From assembly GCA_964188305.1 (NCBI GenBank), contig OZ076885.1: a DNA stretch of 64,000 nucleotides; one strand, 5' to 3'. Made by a program: the position numbers and the translations under genes. Origin of the DNA: Podarcis bocagei (lineage: Eukaryota). Position 1 is the first letter of the stretch; each line of letters begins with the position of its first letter. Shown here piece by piece: positions 51,401 to 61,016 of this stretch. The notes under the pieces were generated by a model. That model did no database searches. It had not been told where the DNA came from and saw only the letters and a list, made by a program, of their open reading frames with translations.

Positions 51401-54400
51401 TCAGACACAAGCTTCTCCCTTGTGTCTTGCAAAGTGCCTGAAGCAATTCTCAAGGCGGGGTGAGAACAATCTTGCCGAAAGGTGCTTGCTACTGCACTGT
51501 AAAATTGATATCAGGATATCTGCTTAATAGAATCCAAGGAGTTTAGAAAAATCCAGGCCTTAGCAGAAAAACAACACACCCACCTCTCTGAATCCAACTT
51601 CATCAGTGTGCGAACATCAGAACAGAACTGGACACCAGTCACTGTGCAGCTTGGGTAAGCCTCACTGTTGAGAAGATAAAATCAAGATCTTTAAGGAACA
51701 TGCTCACCTGTGAAAAGGAAGTGATGGAGCTTGATCAGTCCTGCCCATCCCATCCCTGGCGTCACAAGGGAACAGAGACTGGGCTGGTGCCATGAAACAC
51801 AGAACACCTCTTTAGAAAGCTGTTGTAGCAGCGATTGGTTAAAAATGGGACATAACCTTATGAATGTATTTATTTTATTTTTGTATATTTATATCCCATA
51901 TTTCACCCATCTTGGGACCCAAGATGTTGTATAAGTGGTACCCAGGCAGTCCCCCATCCACCTTCAGTGAGTGACTATTACTAGCTAGAGAAGAAAGGGG
52001 AAGAGGGAGGGATGTGTTTAGAGGCATGGGTATCAACTTATAGTTGCACTTACTGGAAATGTTTGATGACTAGGGAGGGATCCATAATATCTTTGGGAAT
52101 CCTGGTAACCATCAGGGTCCGGGCCACCTTAGGGAGAAGAAAGGGAGAAAGTCCCTGAAAAAAGGAGACACCCGAGAGCAACAGGACCAGACTACCCCCC
52201 TCCTGCAAATAAGCAGGGTATCCAGAATTCTGTACAAATAAAGCTTAATTCTGAAATTTTGCCAAGGCATTAAGACACTATGCAAAGTGGTAAGCTGTTA
52301 AACACATATTTATGCTGCTTTATTTTATGGGTTTCTTTCTTTTGTGTGTGTGTTTTTTAATACTTATTGTATGCCACCCAAATAATTTTGTTATGGGATG
52401 GCATGAAAATTAAAATAAAAGGAACCCAAGAGGGAGTTCTCATTTTTGGTCCACAGCTCTCATTAAGGACACAGACACCAGACTCCAAAATTCCCCAACA
52501 GTGGATGGTTACCTGACTGAAACATACTGGGATCCATTCTCTTTAAAATCTTTTGAATTAAATTAACCTTCCCACTTGCAGCTAATTCATAACATTAATA
52601 AAGATTTTAAAAATATTGTTTATACAGGAGTCTTTCCTACATAAGACGCTTGCCTCATTGGTTTTCTGAGCAATTTGCGAAAGGCCACCTAGTAAATTAG
52701 TTTACAGCTGGCTTGGGCCTCCTTCCAGAGCATTCTAACCATACCAGTGTGAACTTCTTGAAACCAGCTTTGGACCCAAGGATCTCCCTTAGTAAAGGAC
52801 AATGAAAACACCTCATTGCCCAGAGTTTCTCTGAAAGGGCAGAAGGGGAAGGCGTGAATGGGGCTACTGAATTTCTTACCTTCTCATTCTCTTTGTATTC
52901 AAGTTGGATGGAGTGATGAGCCATGCAGAGCACGGTGATGATGAAATAGAGGAGGGCAAAGATGCTGTGCAGCCACAGGAGACGGTCACTACAGGAGACA
53001 AAAGGAAATACATTTTTTCCAAACAGGAAATACAAGGGATCTTTGCCAGTAGATAAGGAAGCCGCAACTGTTTCCTGAGGAACACCTAGAATCCCTCATT
53101 ATGGGATGTAGGCAACAACTTCCACCCTCACATAACAATATCACAGTTTCATGGAGAGAGGGCTAGCCCAGAAGTACCCCAAATTACCCCTGCATTTTTA
53201 CACACACAAAAAGCTTCCCAATAGTTGTAAAAGAAAGAACCAAGTAGAACCTTAGTTCCTGGATCTTTTTTCTCTACGCATTGAGATCATCACAGAGTCA
53301 TGCATGTTGGGGATGGAAATATGGGGAACAGGTCAAAGACCAGCAGTAGACGAGAAGGTAGAAAACGGCACAGTGCGTAAAAACAGTGACCCTGAATTTG
53401 TTGCCATGAGGTTGTAGCAATGTTCAAAAGAATTCTTGCAGCCAGTGACCAACCTTGGCGGATTTGATATTATTCCCTTCTCCCCCTGCCCCCCCATATT
53501 TGCTTTGCTGTAGAGGATAAAAACATTTCCTGTTTGTGGCTTCCACCAAAAACTTATTGCTCATACCATCTGCACAGACCAGGTACATACATGGGTACAC
53601 ATGCATAAGGTAAAGGTAAATGACCCCTGGACGGTTAAGTCCAGTCAAATTCAATTATGGGGTGTGGCGCTCAATTCCGCTTTCAGGCTGAGGGAGCCGG
53701 CGTTTGTCCACAGACAGCTTTCCAGGTCATGTGGCCAGCATGACTAAACCACTTCTGGCACAACGGGACACTGTGATGACTGCCAGAGTGCACAGAAACG
53801 CCGCTTACCTTCCTGCCACAGCGGTACCTATTTATCTACTTGCACTGGTGTGCTTTTAAACTGCTAGGTTGGCAGAAGCAGGGGCAGAGCAACGGGAGCT
53901 CACCACTGTCACGCGGATTTGAACCACTGACCTTCCGATCGGCAAGCCCAAGAGGCTTGGTGGTTTAGACCACAGCGCCACCTGTTCCCCTCCACATACC
54001 ACTAATCCACATACTGGGAGCACTGCAATACTAAATGAAACAGGTATGTGCTAAAAGCTTAGGCTTAAAAACAAAACGCCCACAAATTGGGGTGGGTGGG
54101 TTAATACTAAAAAGTATGGAGGTGATCCAATTATGTGTGCACATTCAGAGTTGCTTCATTTTTTAAGCGGGGATAATCACAACCGCATACCGTACTTTTC
54201 TCTCTATAACACGCAGATTTTTTCTCCTAAAAAGTAAGGGGAAATGTCTGTGCGTGTTATTGAGCGAATGTGTGGTCCCTGGAGCTGACTGGCCCGAGTG
54301 CAGGGGCAAAAATCCAATCGCGCACGTCAGGGAGGAGGGAGCTCCGTGAGAGAGGAAGCTGTTGCTTTCCTGCATTCTGCCTCAGGGTCTTACTGCCCAC

Positions 54401-56243
54401 CCTCTTCTGTTTCGGTTGCTGTTTGCTCAAACGGAACAAAGAGCAGGCAAATCCCCTCCCCTCCAGGCAAGCAGAGGGGAAAGGAAAGGATCACGTCCTT
54501 CCTTCTAATTCCTCTCCGTGCTCCGGTGCTGCTGCGTCCAGGGAAGCATTTTAGGGACTCGCAGGCAGCCAGAAAACGTGCAGGTGGGAGAGAGAGAGAG
54601 GGGGGGGCTGGCTTAGGTGCGTGGGTGGGGGAAAACTTTTGCCTTCCTTTCCTCCCTCCCGTTAAACCCCTCTCCTGCATTCTTAGCCAGCTGCTTCTCT
54701 GCACACCCCTCTCGTGCTCCTTGTCCCTTCTGTGTTTTTCCTTCCCTCCCCACTTAAAACGTGGTTACAAAGCACAGATCCACATGGATCCTCAGGATCT
54801 TTGCATTGGGTCACCCCAAATTCACCATCAGATCACAGAGCATGTCCATGGCTACAGCCTGCACCAAAATAATCACGCACCCACTGTTGCCTGGGGCCAC
54901 AATGGTGCAAAAACGTGGTTACAAAGCACAGATCCACAGGGATCCTCAGGATCTTTGCATTGGGTCACCCCAAATTCACCATCAGATCACAGAGCATGTC
55001 CATGACTACAGCCTGCACCAAAATAATCACGCACCCACTGTTGCCTGGGGCCACAATGGTGCAAAAACGTGGTTACAAAGCACAGATCCACAGGGATCCT
55101 CAGGATCTTTGCATTGGGTCACCCCAAATTCACCATCAGATCACATAGCATGTCCATGGCTACAGCCTGCACCAAAAAAAAATCACGCACCCACTGTTGC
55201 CTGGGGCCACAATGGTGCAAAAACGTGGTTACAAAGCACAGATCCACAGGGATCCTCAGGATTTTTGCATTGGGCTACCCCAAACTCACCATCAGATCAC
55301 ATGTCTGTGGCCACAGCATGAGGCACAAAAATGATACATCCACTGTTTCATTCAGAATTCCCCCCCCCTTTGTTTTCCTCCTCTAAAAACGATGTGCGTA
55401 TTATGGTCAAGTGTGTTATAGAGCGAAAAATACAGTACCTTCCTGCCACAGCAGTACCTATTTATCTACTTGCACTGATATGCTTTTGAACTGCTAGGTT
55501 GGCAGATACTGGGACAGAGCAATGGGAGCTCACCCCGTCGCGTGGATTCAAACTGCCGACCTTACAATTGGCAAGCCCAAAAGGCTCAGTGGTTTAGACC
55601 ACAGCAGCCACCTTACCACATGCATACACACACAGGGATTATAATGTCAAGAAAAATGGATCCAGGACATGCTGATGAAGGACTCTTGGTGTGTAAATGG
55701 TCCTCATTTGTTCCCAATGGTCATCACTACAAGAAGCAAAAACAACAGAACTCTGAGGAAAAGAAATCACGTACTCTTTGGGGACATTCGCAATTGTGGT
55801 TCGGCCAAAATTAGCTGGATGCTTCCCTGAGAGAGGGAGAGAGAAAGAGAGATATGAGTTGTCACAGACACCAGAGGGCACGGTCACAAGAGATGCCTTT
55901 TAAAAAATCCCCTCGTTTCCACAGCCATGCCTCCAACATTATGCAAACACCAGCGTTTGGGGGCTCTTAGTACAAGGATGGTGAGAAGGGTCCCTCAGGC
56001 CTGGGGTCCAAATGCAGCTCTGTCGCCACACACCACTAATTACATTGTGGGAGAGCAACTGGAGGGGTTTCTGTGCCCTGCCCTGACGCAGTCTACGTAC
56101 CCAAGAGATCCCCAGAGAAGTTGACAGGGAGGACCACAGCCACTGAGAGCACGCAGATGATCAGAAGCAGCACCAAGACATGCCGCTGGAAGGAGAGGTA
56201 GGTGGTGGCATCAATTCCACACTTGCTTTGGATTTCCTCATCC

Positions 56244-56279
<36 letters not shown>

Positions 56280-59200
56280 AGGCATGTCAGCACAGAGCCA
56301 CAAAATCCCATCTGTTTCCCCTCCTTTCCTTTCTTGAGAGAAAGAAAACATCAAAACAACAGAGATCATCACATTCTCAGGTCCAATGCAAAATGGACGA
56401 CTAGGCTGTGGCTTTACAACCATGTTTGATAGGGATTCGTGTCCACACATCTAGCAGAGTAAAATGGCTGGCGAAAAACGGCAACGGTGTTAGGATTTAA
56501 TTACATAAAAAGTTGGAATAAGACATGTAATAGTCATCACCCAAAAGTAGCATGTACTCACTTCATCTGGTAGACTGACAGGAGCCAGGAACAGAATCCC
56601 TAGAATGGAAGTTGGAGAAACAGAATGAGCTAGTTGACTGATATCAATTAGGCAAGAACCACTGATCTATTGATGTTCCTACCAATCTCCAAAAATTAGG
56701 GCTATGTCTGCATTTGCAACTGTGTTGGAATTATATGGTGCAGATCAATGTAACTGAGCATGATCCTAGATAAACATTAAGAGAAAGAACACACAAGTAA
56801 GTGCCCTTTGCTTTCCCTGTGCATTTTCACAGAAAAACCCAATACAGTACTAGTCACTGTCAAAGACTTGGAGAGATGGACCATTTGTCTGACGCAGCTT
56901 GGCTCTTAATAAATAAATAATAATTAGTATTATTTGTTATTTATACCCCACCCATCTGGCTGGGTTTCCCCAGTCACTCTGGGCGGCTCTCAACAGAATA
57001 TTAAAAACACGATAAAACATCAAACATTAAAGCTTCCCTAAACAGGGCTGCCTTCAGATGTCTTCTAAAAGTCAGATGGTTTATTTCATTGACATCTGGT
57101 GGCAGGGCATTCCACAGGGCGGGGCCACTACGGAGAAGACCCTCTGCCTGGTTCCCTGTAACCTCACTTCTCACAGTGAGGGAATCACCAGAAGGCCCTC
57201 AGAGCTGGACCTCAGTGTCCGAGCAGAACGATGGGTGTGGAGATGCTCCTTCAGGTATACAGGGCTGAGGCTGTTTAGGGCTTTAAAGGTCAGCAGCAGC
57301 ACTTTGAATTGTGCTTGAAAACATACTGGGAGCCAATGTTTCACTGTTATGTTCCAGATAAGAACAATATAATCAGATGAACAGTTTTTCAGAAAACGGC
57401 AGGATTAGAAATAGTGAAAGCAATTCATGAAGATCATTAGGCTACCAAGCATCACCTCCTATTTGTCTGCCTTATGATGAATAAGATCATAGCGTAATTG
57501 GCGGGTTTCCAGAAAAGCACTATTCACTCTGAAAACATTAGTCATCTCTACTCCCCCCACCCTTTCTTGAATGTCTGGTTGACCCAATTTACATACAGTG
57601 ACAGAAGCTCCTTTCAGGAGAATGAGACTCCATCCTACTTTCCCCACTTAAGCTTACCACATCTTTGTTGTCAGCGTCCAGTGGACTGGTCTCTGATGGG
57701 GATTTCTCCTTTTCACTTTGTTCCCCATAGAAGAGCGATGTGAGGCTTCATGTGTCCAGCAAGAGAGGCAGAAAGAAAGAGCATGTGGTTGGGAGAAGCA
57801 CAGAGGGAGCAAAGGAGAAGAGAGGAGGTCAGTATGAATGAGAGTTGGGGAAGAAGAAAAAGAAAAGAGGAGAAAGAAAAACATTATTCAATTCAGACCA
57901 ACTTTTAAGTGTCTTCACCCCACAACCCAGGAAAGCAGAGAGGACCGCAAGAGGAAGGGTGAGAGAGAAAGACAAAGGGGGTGGGCATTTTTAAGTTGCA
58001 CCAACAGCACTCCATGATTATGTTAATGCTCCAGAAAGCCAGTAGGGATCAAGTGTCCCCTCTTCTCCAATGAATGAAGCAGTTTCAGTTTCACAAGTAT
58101 TGTTGTGTACTGACTTGAAGGGGAAGGAGGCTCCCTGGCAGCCAATAGCAGCAACATCTTAAATGAAATGCATTGTGACTTTACATATCCACATATGCCA
58201 CATACTCTTGACTGCATGGAATCAGTCAATTAAACTATTAGAACGTGTTCCATTGCCCCAACCCTGCTTGCTCCTACCAAAAGAGACTCCTAAGTTCAAA
58301 GAGTGTGGGGCAAGGGAGAGGTCCGTGTAGGTGGAACAGAAAAAATGTGTTTGTATGAGTTTGGGATTCTGCAAAAGCCATGGACTTCTTTAGCTGTCAG
58401 ACCACCAACTTGATCCTTTTGACAATAATTGATAAATATTTGACAATATTTATCACGCCAATGTACCAGGCCCTTTTTGAGCAGCTAGAAGCTTAAGGCT
58501 ATCAGAGACCCTCTTGGTGCAAAGCAGATGTTCTATGCCCTTCAATTCTCCATCACCTGAATTCAGCCTGGATTCTGCTACCAAAGGGAGACCAAGCATT
58601 TTCCTCCATTTCTTTTTCACTATTAGAGGCTATAGTGGTTATGGATGGCTGCACAGTTCCTGCCTCTGCTCCAGGAAAGTGACATCATTGAATCTGTTAC
58701 ATCATCACAGATACGACCTCACTAATCCAGCACAGAGCCAATGTTTCCAGTACTGGGATGAGGAAAGAAAATTCCCTGTGAAAAGGAAATTGGGCAAGGG
58801 CAGATGTTTATGGGGGATATAGCAGGACTTTGCTTCTTCCTGCTGCTGCTGGTCAACCTACTGAGCACTCTAAATGAACACATATAACCAGCACGGCACT
58901 GAGCTCTGCTCAGTGATTTTCCTGGCAAACCAGAATGGTGGGGGTTCTTTAAGACTGTGAATTTTGACTCCCACCCACTTCCAATGTGCACTTTGCAAGT
59001 AGGCCGGGATCCATATCAACAGCCACTCTTTCCCAGGACTGCGGTTGGAGATCCAAAGTTCATGGGGGGAAATCTGATTTGAATAAAAACTTACCTCAGC
59101 TTCTTTGCTATTACTATCTAGGAAAGGAGCACTATAAAGGGAAGGGATAAATGACACCAAGAGCCAAATCAAACTACCAGTGGAAAGTGACAGACCCTTT

Positions 59201-60984
59201 AGATGAAGATGCAGCAGAAATAATCTCAAGTGACATTAGAACAGGAATCCTGGATCAGAATTTCAACAATGATTATTTCAGAGCTGTGGTGTCTGAAATA
59301 AGGGATGCCCACTGTATACAATGGAAGTGTGTCATTTTAGAATGGAGTATAGCACTTGAAATCAACTAAAATCAGGAACCACAATGTTAGTGTGATATTG
59401 TAAAAAACAAATTTGAAAGTGTCAGATGTTGACTTTGACTGTTTCCTGTGCCCCACATGTGTAAATGGACCAGAAGTAATTTTTTTCAGCTCCTGATTGG
59501 GAACAAAACCATAACCAAACAATCCCACCATCACCAGATAGCCAACATCCCAGAGAGTAAGGATCAGGAGAACTTTCTAGAAGAGCGTGACGAGAAGCTA
59601 TTCCATGCCATTTGAGTATAATCCCTACAGGGAATGTCTTGTGAAGGAAAGGAAAGCTACTATAAGGTGAAGATTAGGTGGGTCCATTTCAATTTTCTAT
59701 TTTTTTTTAAAAAAAAAAACCCACTAGGTTGGAGTGAGGCTTAGTCCTACTCAAAGCTCACTGGAACATAAAATTTAAGTCCATTGAAGTCAATGGGTTT
59801 ACTCTGAGTAGGAATAAGTCCTAATCCAGCTCAATGAAGGAAGGGCAAACTCATCTGATCTGAAACCTGTTAACACATTTATTGGAATTATCTTTCACCT
59901 GTATAGGTTCAGGTCATTTGTACAAGAAAAATAAGATCCCCACTGCCTCCAATGGATTTTTTAAAAGGTTCCCTCAAGGATAGGGAGCCCCAAGTACAGT
60001 CAGGGAAACACAACATTGTTCCTTTTCACTGTGAGAAATTCAGGTGAGAAAGTGAGGTAATTTTGGGAAAGTCATCTGCCCCTTGTGGGGGCTGGACCAA
60101 GCTCTCCTTTAAAAGAAGTGGGGATTCCTTTCTTTCACAAGAATTCCTATCTTCCCAATGTTTCAGTCCCATTGTCACCATCATATCATTACTCATAGGA
60201 GTTCCATGTGCTTGGAGGAAAACGGCTGATTTAAAAAAAAGAGGGAGGGGTGGTAGGAGAGAAATCATAACAATTGTTAGATCCAATAATAATAAACAAC
60301 AACAACCGCTACTACTTTGGATTCACACAGTTCTTCTAAACTGCTTCAAGCAACATTATCAAAGGCGATAGGCAAGAGTTCTAAAACACAATGGAGGAAG
60401 CTAGAACATCCTTTTGTTTATTCTGCTCAACAAACATAAAATCTCAAAGCACTGCACGTAACACAAGAAAATACAGATAACAAAAATACTATATCTATCT
60501 ACAGTATTTTTCGCTCTACAAGACGTACTTTTCCCCTCCTAAAAAGTAAGGGGAAATGTGTGTGCATCTTATGGAGCGAATGCAGGCTATGTGGCTATAC
60601 CAGAAGCCAGAACAGTGAGAGGGATCGCTGCGCAGTGCTCCCTCTTGCTGTTCTAGCTTCTGGCTTAGCCCCTCTGTCCCTTCCCCCACCTCCTGGAAAA
60701 GCCCCCAAAAGCCGAGCCAAGCTGAGCCGAGTGTGTGTGCGGCTCTTGGGGGCTTTTCCCCGAGGAGGGAGAAGGGCAGCCCGTCGGGGGAAAGCCTGCA
60801 AGCGCCGCACACACGCTCCTCGCGGCTCGTGAATGGGAGCACTGAGCAGAGCCTGGGATGGATACAGGCGCTGCTCAGCGCTCCCTTTAAAGAATTTTTT
60901 TTCTTGCATCCCCCCTCTAAAAACTAGGTGCGTCTTATGGTCAGGTGCGTATTATGGAGCGAAAAATGCGGTATCTATCATCTA

Positions 60985-61016
<32 letters not shown>

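Noticed and set aside
54756-55345. CRISPR-like array
   Set aside because: Whole units repeat with no unique spacers; eukaryotic context; no cas genes
54298-55386. 235-aa and 186-aa ORFs with repeated peptides
   Set aside because: Artefacts of the 154-bp tandem repeat inside a MITE
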